Position numbers and translations under genes: made by a program. From positions 81,711 to 145,710 of IMG/VR virus record IMGVR_UViG_2919361683_000002: DNA of 64,000 nucleotides. One strand, given 5' to 3'. The DNA comes from a virus. Shown here in pieces: positions 18,637 through 29,564 of this stretch (position 1 is its first letter; every line of letters starts with the position of its first letter). The notes beneath the pieces were generated by a model. It saw only the letters and a program-made list of their open reading frames with translations, was not told the origin of the DNA and made no database searches.

Positions 18637-19017
18637 ATGCAGCATGAAGAGCTAGTCGAAGCATTACAGATTCCTGAAAAGGCAGATATAGTTATCAATT
18701 TGATGAACTTTCTTTTACGTTCAAATGACGATAGAAGTGAAATGTTCTTTTACTGTTGTAAACAAAAAGGCTTAGAGTTGGAGTTTCTTGGGAAGAAAAG
18801 AAGGGCATTAATCGACCAATATGGATATAAAAATAAAGAAGATTTTGTTGCTGATTACTTAGAAGACAAAGTTAGAGCTTTAGAGAAATTATGCCAAGAA
18901 AAAGCGGAAAAATATATATTGGTTAAATTTAAAACGAATAATCCTGACAAGATTTATAATGCCTACACTAAAAACGGAAAATATACAGCAATGATTAGAT
19001 TAGCGTACTTAGCCTAG
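18637..19017 (+). CDS. Hypothetical protein
   Basis: ORF with RBS AGAGGAG. Confidence 0.6.
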   Translation: MQHEELVEALQIPEKADIVINLMNFLLRSNDDRSEMFFYCCKQKGLELEFLGKKRRALIDQYGYKNKEDFVADYLEDKVRALEKLCQEKAEKYILVKFKTNNPDKIYNAYTKNGKYTAMIRLAYLA

Positions 19018-19206
19018 AAGTATAATGCCGACATAGATTCGGCAAATTACATAAGAGAATTTAAAATATAAAAATAATTAAAATAACTATTGACTACACT
19101 CATTAATGCTGATATATTTAAATAGAACCAAAGATTAAGTGAAAGATAATATGAGTAAAAGAATACTTTTATCACGAAGTTATATTTACCAAAAGGCAAT
19201 GAATAA

Positions 19207-19283
19207 GGGTCTTTAGCTCAGTTGGTTAGAGCGGTCGGCTCATAACCGATTGGTCGGGGGTTCAAATCCCTCAAGACCCACCA
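19207..19283 (+). tRNA. tRNA with CAT anticodon, most like tRNA-Ile2 (lysidine, reads AUA); Met not excluded
   Basis: Acceptor GGGTCTT/AAGACCC-A-CCA; D-arm AGCTCAGTTGGTTAGAGC; anticodon arm GTCGG-CTCATAA-CCGAT; T-loop GTTCAAATC. Confidence 0.9.
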
Positions 19284-19583
19284 AAAATAACACACAGTGA
19301 TGTGTGATTATATAGATAAAATATAATTGAAAGGAGATGTTGAAACATGAACAGGTCTTACAATAGCGGGTTTACTTAGTTTCAATGAAGAAGCTAACAA
19401 TAACTATTAAAGAAGTACATACAACAATAACGCCAAGCGCGATTATATAGATGCAGCTCATCTCACTTTGCAAAGGTGGTGATATGAATCAAAAATAAGC
19501 TGAGAAGCCCTCCTTTTTATGATTGATCAGGCCTAGATTAATCAAAAAAATAATCAAACATAAAAGGGAGATATAAAATACAT

Positions 19584-20771
19584 ATGGCAGACTATAAGAT
19601 TAAGGTAAATAAAAAACATGGCGGTAAAGAGTTTAAAGCACCATTTCGATTCATTGGTAAGGTAAGTAAAATTAGCAAAAAGAATCAGGAAACCGACAGT
19701 TATGAAGAGCTTTCATACTATGAAGAAAAAATGACTCGCTCAGCGAATCCAAAGCCACGACGAGTATTGCAATTCAATATTGAGACAGCCCTTAGTAATA
19801 AGCTAAAAGTTGAAGTTGCAGGGATGGAACAAAAGTTTGTATTTGCTTATAGTATGAAACACAAAAAAACGATTAAGATTGATTGGAGTGTTCGCTTCGA
19901 GAAAGACAAATGGACGGATTTGAACGGTAAAATTCAAGATATCGATAGCACTTACCACTTAATTGATTCTCCTTGGGACAAAGCGCAAGAATTTTCAGAA
20001 TATATAAAAGACGATGTGTGGGTTGAAGTAAGAGGGGAATATGAATTCGAAGCTATTTTGGGGGAAGAGCGAGAAGTTGAATTCCGAAAAAGAACTATTA
20101 CATCCGTAAGACCAATTATTGATGGCAAACTTATTGACGAAGAAGGAAAACCGTTGCCTATCAAAGTAAACAATAAAGAGATTGATTATGTGATGGATTT
20201 TAATTCTCCTAATTTTATTGAAGTGAATAGTTTTAATATGCAACTTGGCATTAAAAGTACCTATCAAGACGAGACCACTGGCGACACAAAAATCAACGCA
20301 GTATTCCTGAAAAATGGAAAAGAACGTTCAGAACCAATGGATGTTGAGCTGATTGTTTACCAGACAGAAGCAGGAGAAGGCAAGAAGTCAATGGCAGACG
20401 CATTTGCTTCGCTGAACACGTACGACTTTATTGAAGTAACTGGTCAAGACAATAACCGAGCAACATACGCGTACGTAGACATTGTAGAAGAACTGCCATC
20501 CGATGATCCATTCAATGATGTAGATGACTCTCAAAAGGAAACAAGACAAGAGCGAGTTGTTAATGGAGACAAAAAAGGACTTGAAGTAATTAGCTATGTA
20601 CAGGGAAGCATAATGCGTGAATTGTTGACAGAAGAAGAATTTAGAAAGACAGCAACGTTGACTAACGATAATCCTTTTAGTGAAAGTCTTCCAAGCGATG
20701 ATCCGTTTAATCAAACAGCTAATCCTTCCGAAGATCCATTTGCAAAAAATAACAACAATCCTTTCGCGTGA
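19584..20771 (+). CDS. Putative ssDNA-binding (OB-fold) protein, YorF-like position
   Basis: Acidic tail with repeated DDPF/NNPF; precedes the AAA_24 gene. Confidence 0.5.
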   Translation: MADYKIKVNKKHGGKEFKAPFRFIGKVSKISKKNQETDSYEELSYYEEKMTRSANPKPRRVLQFNIETALSNKLKVEVAGMEQKFVFAYSMKHKKTIKIDWSVRFEKDKWTDLNGKIQDIDSTYHLIDSPWDKAQEFSEYIKDDVWVEVRGEYEFEAILGEEREVEFRKRTITSVRPIIDGKLIDEEGKPLPIKVNNKEIDYVMDFNSPNFIEVNSFNMQLGIKSTYQDETTGDTKINAVFLKNGKERSEPMDVELIVYQTEAGEGKKSMADAFASLNTYDFIEVTGQDNNRATYAYVDIVEELPSDDPFNDVDDSQKETRQERVVNGDKKGLEVISYVQGSIMRELLTEEEFRKTATLTNDNPFSESLPSDDPFNQTANPSEDPFAKNNNNPFA

Positions 20772-20860
20772 GAGTAGATAGCTATAACTAATTAGAAAAT
20801 GGTCTGTGTGTAAAAGCGCAGACCATACATAAATACATATAATAGGGAGAGATTTGTTTA

Positions 20861-22039
20861 ATGAATTGGAGAAATAAAATTGTAGGTAATACGCCTAAAG
20901 TTGAACTGCATTCGATCACAAGTCTAGTTGCTGGTACGTATAAAACAGGAAAAACGCGACTTTGGAAAGAACTAACTGAAATGCACTACAAAAACCCAGT
21001 AGAAGAAACGCTACTTATCGCGTGGGAGCCGGGATTCGAGACTTGGGAATTGGAGGAAAATGTTCTACCTATTTTTGAAGAAGGGTCGGATGAAGACGCT
21101 TGGAAACAATGGGAGTTTTTTAAAAAAGATGTGGTTCCCGGTCTTGTTCAAGAAGCAAAAGAAAACAAAAAAGTTAAGTTGATAGGATTTGATACGGCAG
21201 ATCGTTGTATTGATGCGGCAACGGCTTGGCTGCTTAAAGATAGAGCTAAAAAATATGGGGTCGCTCGACTTGTTTCATTGCAAGAACTAACTGAAGCTTC
21301 TAAGGGAGCAGAGAATGGATACACTGCACTCTATGATGAAATGAAAAAGCCTATCGATGCTCTTAAAGCAGCCAAATATGGAATTATGGCAATGGCATGG
21401 ACAAAGGAAAAAGAAACTACTCTATACAATGGTATGAAATATAATTCTGTTGAACTTATGATGCATCAAACAGGAAGAAAAATCTTTGAATCTCAAGCAA
21501 GATTGATTTGTTGTCTATTTAATGAAGTTGTGGTTACAGATAAAACAGGTAGTGAGGTTTCAGAAAATGTCAAAACTAAAGCAGGAAAAGAAAAGGGTCA
21601 TAACTTCCATGAAACTCGTACGGTAATGGTTTTTAGACCAACTGAGTATATTTCTATCGCTGGTGGGAGCTATACAGATCTTCCAGAAGAGCCAGTAGTG
21701 TATAGTGCAGAAAACTTCATGAAGGTGTTTGAGAATGCAGTTAAGGGGCAACTAAAAAAAACAAAGAAGAACATTGAAGAATTGAAGGTAGAACAAGAAC
21801 AAGAACGTAATGAACAAGCTAAGGAATTTGCAACACAAGAGGTAGAGAAACTAAATGCTGAAGATTTGATTAATCAAATTAATCAACAAAAAGAAAGATA
21901 TACTAATGATCAACTAACAAAATACATTGTTCCTGAGTTCAAAAAAATTCTTGGAACAGCAGCATACCCAACAGTTTCAGATGTGGATGGTCTAACCAAA
22001 GCACTTAAATTAATTACCGAGTTCCAGTTGCCAGCTTAA
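20861..22039 (+). CDS. AAA_24/Sak4-like ATPase, YorG-like (recombination/annealing)
   Basis: Walker A GTYKTGKT; LIGFDTAD Walker B-like. Confidence 0.7.
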   Translation: MNWRNKIVGNTPKVELHSITSLVAGTYKTGKTRLWKELTEMHYKNPVEETLLIAWEPGFETWELEENVLPIFEEGSDEDAWKQWEFFKKDVVPGLVQEAKENKKVKLIGFDTADRCIDAATAWLLKDRAKKYGVARLVSLQELTEASKGAENGYTALYDEMKKPIDALKAAKYGIMAMAWTKEKETTLYNGMKYNSVELMMHQTGRKIFESQARLICCLFNEVVVTDKTGSEVSENVKTKAGKEKGHNFHETRTVMVFRPTEYISIAGGSYTDLPEEPVVYSAENFMKVFENAVKGQLKKTKKNIEELKVEQEQERNEQAKEFATQEVEKLNAEDLINQINQQKERYTNDQLTKYIVPEFKKILGTAAYPTVSDVDGLTKALKLITEFQLPA

Positions 22040-22126
22040 TACATAGATTCACTAAAAGACAGAGTTTATCAGAAAATAGCCTCACTATAAAAGTGGGGCC
22101 TCATACTAAAACAGGAGCGTGATACG

Positions 22127-22606
22127 TTGGGTGAGCTAATCCTCTCTCTGCTATTGGCGCTATCAGTATGTAACAACACTGAAGCACAAAGTGTCAATCA
22201 AGTACGAGAAATGAAAAACACGACCATTAAGCAAGAAGTAAAGGTTACTAAGTTGGATAAGATTGAAAAAGTTAAGAACAAGAAAGATACATACAAATGG
22301 GATCGCTTTGAATTGACAGCATACACCAACAATCAAGGAAGAAGCGTACATAGTAAAGATTATGGAAGAACAGCTTCAGGTACGATGACCAAGGCTGGCG
22401 AAACAATAGCTGCTGACTGGAGGGTGCTCCCTAAAGGTACGGTAGTTTACATAGATGGTGTAGGTAGAAGAGTAGTGCAGGATAAAGGTGGAGCAATTAA
22501 GGGTCACAAAATTGATGTATATGTCAGAACAGAAAGTGAAGCAAGACAATTCGGTAGAAAGAAACATGTAAAAGTACGAGTGATTAAGTGGGGAGATAAC
22601 AAATGA
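22127..22606 (+). CDS. 3D-domain cell-wall protein (YorM-like)
   Basis: LTAYT..., TIAADWRVLPKGT.VYI, VQDKGGAIKG.KIDVY; N-terminal signal. Confidence 0.88.
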   Translation: MGELILSLLLALSVCNNTEAQSVNQVREMKNTTIKQEVKVTKLDKIEKVKNKKDTYKWDRFELTAYTNNQGRSVHSKDYGRTASGTMTKAGETIAADWRVLPKGTVVYIDGVGRRVVQDKGGAIKGHKIDVYVRTESEARQFGRKKHVKVRVIKWGDNK

Positions 22607-22935
22607 AAAATATGGTATTGGGCGTAGGTAAAGATGCTCCAACAGTAACTAATGAATTGGGTGGTAAGCAATCTCAAGTATTGTATCGATTCGACCTACT
22701 CAATCCTTCTGCGATGTTTGAGATGACGAAAGTATTAAAGTATGGTGCTGATAAATATGGTGCCGATAACTGGATGAATATTGATGTTAGAGATCACATC
22801 AATCACATGCTTATTCATGCTTATGCATACTTAGCAGGTGACACATCCGATGAACATTTATCTCATATTATGTGTCGGGCAATGTTCGCACAAGCAGTAG
22901 AATTACGAAATCAGAAAGAGGGATTGAATGGCTAA
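22603..22935 (+). CDS. dATP/dGTP diphosphohydrolase-like (DUF5664) protein
   Basis: RFDLL...VLKYGADKYG..NW...HL.H..C..MF. Confidence 0.75.
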   Translation: MKNMVLGVGKDAPTVTNELGGKQSQVLYRFDLLNPSAMFEMTKVLKYGADKYGADNWMNIDVRDHINHMLIHAYAYLAGDTSDEHLSHIMCRAMFAQAVELRNQKEGLNG

Positions 22936-23464
22936 GAAAGTATTAGCTGTCGATCAGGATAATGTTATTGCCGACCTGCTCAGTGAGTGGGTACGGCGTT
23001 ACAATCTTGATTACAATGATGATTTACATCCAGAACAAATTAACGCTTGGAATTGGCATCATTTATGTAAGGAGGAATGTGGGAATAAAATTTACAAATA
23101 TCTGGATGAACCTGATTTCTTCTATAACCTGCCCGTAATGGAGGGATGTCAAGAAATACTGAAAGAATTGAACTACAATTATGACATTTATATTGTAACA
23201 GCTCCATTCAACTTAAATAATGTTGTACCTAAATATAAATGGCTGGTAAAACATTTCCCTTTTTTAGATGAAAATAAGTTTGTGTTTACTAGAGATAAAT
23301 CAATAATAGCAGCCAATTATTTAATTGACGATAAGCCTAACAATTTAGAGAACTTCAAAGGGAATAAGATTCTGTATAATGCACCACACAATCTTGACGA
23401 GAAGAGATTTTTTCGAGTAAACAACTGGAATGAAGTAAGAGAAATTTTATTGGATTGGAAGTGA
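22928..23464 (+). CDS. 5'(3')-deoxyribonucleotidase (HAD/NT5C)
   Basis: AVDQDNVIADL; KYKWL..HFPF; LIDDKP.N. Confidence 0.88.
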   Translation: MAKKVLAVDQDNVIADLLSEWVRRYNLDYNDDLHPEQINAWNWHHLCKEECGNKIYKYLDEPDFFYNLPVMEGCQEILKELNYNYDIYIVTAPFNLNNVVPKYKWLVKHFPFLDENKFVFTRDKSIIAANYLIDDKPNNLENFKGNKILYNAPHNLDEKRFFRVNNWNEVREILLDWK

Positions 23465-24026
23465 TAAAGTGTTGTCATTTAATTTTGAACGGCTATCTGA
23501 TTTATATAAGTATTTAGAGATGGATGATATTGATTATGGAGAGCTTCAAGAGTTGCGAGATAAGATTGATGATTTGAAGCAGATTGTTGAAGATAAGATG
23601 GAAGTATATTGATGAGTAATAGAAGCAAAACGATTAAATACATAAATGAGACTTCCGTAGATGAGATGGTTAAGCAAGTATTAACTAAAGGTTCAAACAT
23701 CAATCAAGTTATTGAAGCAGCCAAGGAGTCAAGGACTGAATATGGGTTAAAAGTACAGGAATTTATCGAACGACTAGGCGAGGTAGAGGGGAATGTATAA
23801 GTGGATAGCATATGGCCTAACTATGCCTAAGGATATTCTTTTTATCGACAAAAATAATGACGATATATGGGCATCACATGATAAAGCGTTGGAACATTTA
23901 AAAGATAATCGTATAGAATTTGATACTTTAAGTAATTATGATCCAAAGATAGACGTGGATATTGACCTGATGTTGGTAATAGAAATTTAGTAAAACCTGT
24001 ACTTTATCAGAAACGGAGAGGGATAA

Positions 24027-24428
24027 ATGAGTGAACTTTTTACCAAGACAGGAGCACTAAAAGCGCGACCCCCCAAGAAATATGAATGCAGGAGCTGTGG
24101 CTACATTGGCTCAAAAATAGCTAGTATCAAATTAACGGGGTTTACTTTTGCTGCTTGTAGTGTGTGTGGAGGAAGTATTAAGGAGCGAGACGTGCACAAA
24201 GAATGGCAAAAAAGAAACAATGGGCAATGGGATATCGAGAAAGAAATGCTTAAAATCATAAAATCAGAGGAACGTGTAGAGAGAAGTACTCTTTTAAAAC
24301 GATTCGATACGCAGCAGAAGTGGCTTGTTAAAGCATCGCTTGGCGATCTTATATGGAATCGCATACTGGAAGTTAAAAAAGAAAGTGACCAGTATTATTA
24401 TAGTTTAAACGATAAACCAATGTGTTAG
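24027..24428 (+). CDS. Zn-ribbon hypothetical protein
   Basis: CRSCG...CSVCG. Confidence 0.55.
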   Translation: MSELFTKTGALKARPPKKYECRSCGYIGSKIASIKLTGFTFAACSVCGGSIKERDVHKEWQKRNNGQWDIEKEMLKIIKSEERVERSTLLKRFDTQQKWLVKASLGDLIWNRILEVKKESDQYYYSLNDKPMC

Positions 24429-24864
24429 TGAAAGTGAACATGAAAAACAGAGATTATTTGTGAAATAAGGTGGCCCTAATGAAAATTATAAACAATAAAG
24501 ATATTAAAAAAGTAAAGGCTGAAGACGGGGATATTCTAATTACTGCTCAAGGAAGTTATATCTTGATTGTGTACGATAAGAATAGTCAGTTGTATGGATT
24601 TGTTTACTTAGAGCATCGAGGCGCAGTTTTATTGAAATGGACTGACAATATTGATGATGTTGCTATTGGAACAATAGTGAATGAAGATGATGTCATTGAA
24701 ATTGTTAAAAATAAAGAAGTTCAGTTGACTTTGGGTTAATGGAGAGTCTAAGAAATATACATAAAATAAAGATTTTAATGAAATACAACTTCAACAAATA
24801 TGCGAGGTTAAAACCTCCTCAAATATATAAAAATACTCAAGGAGGTCTTATACAGTTTTAAATA

Positions 24865-25188
24865 TTAATAAGTAACCCATCCAGCATAAGTGACTGTCCA
24901 AGTGTAACCAGTTTGTCCATCAACTGAACTCAGCGTTAATGTTCCACGATATGGATCTACGTTATAACTAGTAGTTGTTGGAATATCTCCAAGGGTAGGG
25001 AACTGAGACTTTGGTAAAACAATTTGCCAAGTGATATATTTTGTCGCAGAAGGAGTTATAACACTTGCCGTTGATACATTGTTGGGGTTTGCTGTTTCAG
25101 TGCTTGCAGCAAAAGATGTTGATCCAAGAGTGAAACACGCAACAACAGTCAACAAACCAACTAAAAGTTTCTTTTTCATCTCAATCAT
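24865..25188 (-). CDS. Small secreted protein, reverse orientation
   Basis: Sec signal (..GSTSFA|AS); beta-rich Tyr/Thr mature part. Confidence 0.7.
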   Translation of the reverse strand: MIEMKKKLLVGLLTVVACFTLGSTSFAASTETANPNNVSTASVITPSATKYITWQIVLPKSQFPTLGDIPTTTSYNVDPYRGTLTLSSVDGQTGYTWTVTYAGWVTY

Positions 25189-25738
25189 CCTCTCTTATTT
25201 GGGATACAGATCTATCATAGAGAAAAAATTACCATAAGTAAACAATAGTTTGAAATAAATGTAACGATAGTGAATATAATGTGAACAACATATTAAATTT
25301 AAATTATATCGTGTGTGAAATTGATATTTAATTTGAAAAGGAGAATGCTCATGCTAAGAGGCTGGATTAGTGCTGATGTAGAAGATAGAGAAGAACTTGA
25401 AAAATTCGGAATTAGATTGGGGCAATATGACTATGAAAATTGCGAATTTACAGAATGCCTTGTGAACGAAGAGGCTTTTACCCTACTTGAGCCGCTGTGG
25501 GGAGAATATGTATGGGGACTTGAGCTTGAAAAAAATTAAAAAGAAAGGAAGATAACCTACGTTTAAAAAATTCAAAGAGTGTGTGTTGAATAAGGAGTAT
25601 CGTAAAAGTGTTATTGAGATTTATATTCTTTTGTACGCTTCTATTACGCTATCTCTAATCAACTTGTTACTGATAATTTTCAAATAAAATCGATCTTTTA
25701 AGAAAAAAAGAGGAAGAAGTTCTTCCTCTATAATTAAA

Positions 25739-26380
25739 TCATTGAGAAACATTTTGTTTTTTCTTAAAAAGTTTATCGATCAGCATAAATAGTATTTTCG
25801 TTAGGCGAAATTGATCGTTTCGTATTGAATAAATTTTAGTATTAAGTAAAATGCTTGTGTCTTCTTTTATTACATAGAACCCTTCTTCATTATTTGGATT
25901 TGGTTCGGAATAAAGTATTAATTTACCTTCACTACTAACATTCTGTAAGTATAATTTTCCATGTATATTATCTTCAATATAAAGTATAGGTTTATACATC
26001 ATTTCCCTAATAGATAAGACGATTAAAAAGAAGAAGAGATAAACTAAGAAGATAAATGCTAAAAAATACGGATCTTTAATCATAAGTCCCATTACTAAAA
26101 AAAATACATATGCTATTAATGTGGCAGCGGTTGAGTGTAAAACAAGATTTGCAGTCCGAGTATAGATTTTTTGTTTAGGATTAAACATATGTTTTTCTAA
26201 TTTTGATGCGGTCAACATTCCCAACAACTTTACAACTAACGGAACAAAAAGTATTGCAAAAGAAATCCAATTATGTTCTTTGAATGTAGTATAAATAGTA
26301 TTTGCATCCATCAAATTACCTGCTTTCTCTAATAAATTATAAGTAAAAAGTACCATCTTATTGTCAGGGTAGTCAATCAA
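25739..26380 (-). CDS. Multi-TM membrane protein
   Basis: Three hydrophobic helices; divergent from the XRE gene. Confidence 0.6.
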   Translation of the reverse strand: MIDYPDNKMVLFTYNLLEKAGNLMDANTIYTTFKEHNWISFAILFVPLVVKLLGMLTASKLEKHMFNPKQKIYTRTANLVLHSTAATLIAYVFFLVMGLMIKDPYFLAFIFLVYLFFFLIVLSIREMMYKPILYIEDNIHGKLYLQNVSSEGKLILYSEPNPNNEEGFYVIKEDTSILLNTKIYSIRNDQFRLTKILFMLIDKLFKKKQNVSQ

Positions 26381-26526
26381 TTAAGTGTTCTACCTTGCTC
26401 GATAAGTTATCCGTTTAAAAAGTGACCCAGAATTTGATCAAATCAGCATTATATATTCGGTAATATAGCGGTATTTACAATATGTCTATGTAATGTTAAA
26501 ATCGATTTATAAAAGGAGGGTGTAAA

Positions 26527-27225
26527 ATGATACCAAAATTAATAGACATAATTAAGAATTACAGAGAATCAAGAGGGTTATCGAGGAGAGAAATGGCAAA
26601 TATGACAGGTTTATCTGAAAGAAGCATTCAAAACTATGAGACTGGAGCTTCAGATTTAACTTTAAATAGCGCCTTAATCTTTGGGAATCTCATGGGTATG
26701 AACAAATACAATGTACTCATTTCGTATCATTATCATGAGAATAACCCTGTAATTGGAGAAGACATTACTGGCAACTTGATTTCCGAAGAACAAATGTTTG
26801 ATGAGATTAAATGTAATTACAAAGTATCAGCTCTTAGTTCCTTGTATCACCATAATAAAGACGAAGAAGCTTTAATCGATTTATCGGTTGAAAGTGGAAT
26901 ATCGAAAGAAAGATTGGAAGAAATAGGATTAAGTTATTTCAATGAATGCAATATTGATTTAAACGAAGTAGTATCAATATGTTCCGCGTTGGGCAAAAAA
27001 TTCAGTGAATTGTTTGCGTTGGTGGCTATCGACTTCGTAAGCGATCAAAAAGTGGTAGACGTAGTTTATACACTTCAAAAATATATACAACGTCTTTTGA
27101 TCACTAAGAATAATAAGCCACTAATTTCGCTAGATCAAGGGAATATTCCTATTACTGAGGATGAAGAGAAATTCTTAAAGGAGTCACTTAAGGTCTATAG
27201 AAAATTGAAGTTAACTTCACAATAA
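26527..27225 (+). CDS. XRE-family HTH transcriptional regulator
   Basis: IKNYRESRGLSRREMANMTGLSERSIQNYETG. Confidence 0.8.
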   Translation: MIPKLIDIIKNYRESRGLSRREMANMTGLSERSIQNYETGASDLTLNSALIFGNLMGMNKYNVLISYHYHENNPVIGEDITGNLISEEQMFDEIKCNYKVSALSSLYHHNKDEEALIDLSVESGISKERLEEIGLSYFNECNIDLNEVVSICSALGKKFSELFALVAIDFVSDQKVVDVVYTLQKYIQRLLITKNNKPLISLDQGNIPITEDEEKFLKESLKVYRKLKLTSQ

Positions 27226-27299
27226 AACACACACTTGATCCTTGACGGGATAGGGATTCAAGGATCAAGTAAAATGAAACTTTTACAACAAAAGGGGAA

Positions 27300-29171
27300 T
27301 TGCAAATGAAGTCAATTGTTATAGCTAAAAGACACAAGAATGAATTTTACATGGGAACTCATATTAGTTGGTATAGAGATTTATTGCCAAAGATTGATGA
27401 GGTATTGAAGTATGATTACGTATTAACTGACTCGCCGGGAGTTTTGCGCACAAACACCAAGAAACTTGAGGATATTGTTATTAAAGAAACTTTTGACTTT
27501 CATAGTTTATTGAAAGTAGGTGATTTTATTGAGGTTGATGAAAAAGAGTATGCAATTTCAAAGGTGAAACATGGTGCCGATGGGACGATGTACTATTATG
27601 TAAATATTGAATATGAAGACAAGGAAAGCAAAAAAGAAGCCGATAAGCAAATTGAATTGAGAAAAGCGTATTTGAAAGGAAGAGAGGATGAACGGCGTAT
27701 AAATCGAGAACTTCAACATGAAAAAATATTCAGCAAAGATGAGACAATATGTGAGAATGTACAAGTTCCAAAAACACAAAACGCACAAATAGCACAAAGA
27801 ATTATTGATTCGCTTAGAGGTAAAAAGAGTGAAATCAGAAAGAATACATATTAGTTGTTTTTTGTTTTGAGTCTGTAATGAAGTTTTACTAGAGGAGGTA
27901 CAATGAAGATTTATCACACACAAACCGCTAAAAATAAACAACATAAGTATCATATTTTGAGTAATATCGGTGAACGTGTATATCATTCACTATGCAACTC
28001 TGGGAGCTTTTGGGTGGGGGGATATCATAATGATAAGCCAGTAATTAACCCCAATTTAATTGATTTTGATAGTAATTATGCGAATGAACTATGTCCTTCT
28101 TGTGTATTACAAGCCTATAAAAAAGGAATGATTGGGATCTATGAAAGTCAGGGTGAACAAATGAATCAATTCACTAATCAAGAACTAAAAATGATAATTG
28201 ATCAATGCGACAGAATAGAAGAGGAATATGGAAGTATTCGAAGCAACTCAGAACGACTACTGTCATTTCAAATTGCACAAAAAGCAAATAATTTACTGGG
28301 TGAGGAATCAGTTGATCTTGAACATATGAAAATAAATTTAGAAGATATTATTAAGTGAAGTTTAAAACGAGCAAATAGAGAGGATATGGAAAATGGCTAC
28401 AGCAGAAGAGCGTGAAACAGTATGTGTCTGTAACGATGAAACAAATGAGTGGGAAGTGTATAGTTGTTCCCCTAAAACAATCACAAAAATCAAAAAGGCT
28501 GGTTTAGAACTGCTTCGAGTTGATGCAGATGGTGGTCACTATTTTAAAGGTGATTATGGGCAGGTATCATTTCGTACCAAGAGTAGTGGACGTAACTGGA
28601 CACCCGAACAGAGAAAGGCTGCTGCCGATAGAATGGCTAAAGCTAGATCAAATAAAAATACATAGGAAGTGGTTTAATGAAGAAATTAAAAGAGATTTTG
28701 TTTGGTTTAGAGAATTGTGAATCTTTATCGATTGATGCCAAATACATAGGAAATTTTAGTGTTACTAATGTTAGAAAAAGCATTATTCGACATTATGGCG
28801 ACATTAGATTTATGGATATATGCGATACTTTTTCAATTGTTGTTAATAAAAATGCAAATACAGACTATCAAGTATTTGGTGTGGAAGATGAAGGTTTTAA
28901 ACAAAACACCTTTGACCGTCTTACTAGTGGTGATATTGTTGTTATCGATATTGTGTACGATGATGACTCAAAGGATGAGGTATATGTCCATTGGGAAGGT
29001 GAAAGTGATTATTCAAACGAAGCTCAAAAAAATTACATAAGTAAACTTGGTGATTTATTCATAGTCATATCAAAGGAAGAAACAGTAGAGTCGATTTTTG
29101 AAGATTGGGGAATTGATAGTCAAGATGGATACATGGATTTAATGTGGAGGTCTAATCAAAAAATACTGTAA
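27300..29171 (+). other. Four hypothetical genes (27300-27854, 27903-28358, 28393-28665, 28677-29171)
   Basis: Co-oriented ORFs with RBSs. Confidence 0.65.
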
Positions 29172-29210
29172 AATAAGAATTTTACATAGAAAAAACCGAG
29201 CATGGCTCGG

Positions 29211-29564
29211 TTAGGAAACTTTCTTCACTTTGGGCAATCTTAATGAATGAAGCAGGTTGCGCTTTATGTATCTTTGATTCCTGCTCTGTTCGTAAGAGTA
29301 GGCAATATAACAATTTTTGAAATAATGGGAATGCTCTTTTGATAATTCAGTTATCCTTCTACTTATATTACATGAGGTGCTTACATAATCAACAACTAGT
29401 TTGTTGTCGCAATCATAAGAGTAAAAGATTATAATCCCAGGCCTACTTCCAATTTTAGAGAGATCGCTTTTCCAAGAGAGATGCTTAATTGTTGTTGCAA
29501 CATGAGCGTGAAAGTATTTGTTTTTAGGGTTCCAGAATTTTTCAACAGTAAAGATTCCATACAA
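29211..29564 (-). CDS. Reverse-oriented hypothetical protein (possibly GIY-YIG-like) with its own promoter and terminator
   Basis: TTG start with RBS AGGAGG; minus-strand TTGACT-16-TATAAT at 29620-29593; terminator at 29190-29212. Confidence 0.65.
   Translation of the reverse strand: MYGIFTVEKFWNPKNKYFHAHVATTIKHLSWKSDLSKIGSRPGIIIFYSYDCDNKLVVDYVSTSCNISRRITELSKEHSHYFKNCYIAYSYEQSRNQRYIKRNLLHSLRLPKVKKVS

Noticed and set aside
19207-19283. Link between the tRNA(CAU) and the ATA start codons
   Set aside because: Initiation uses fMet-tRNA, and this tRNA has a fully paired G1-C72 and elongator features.
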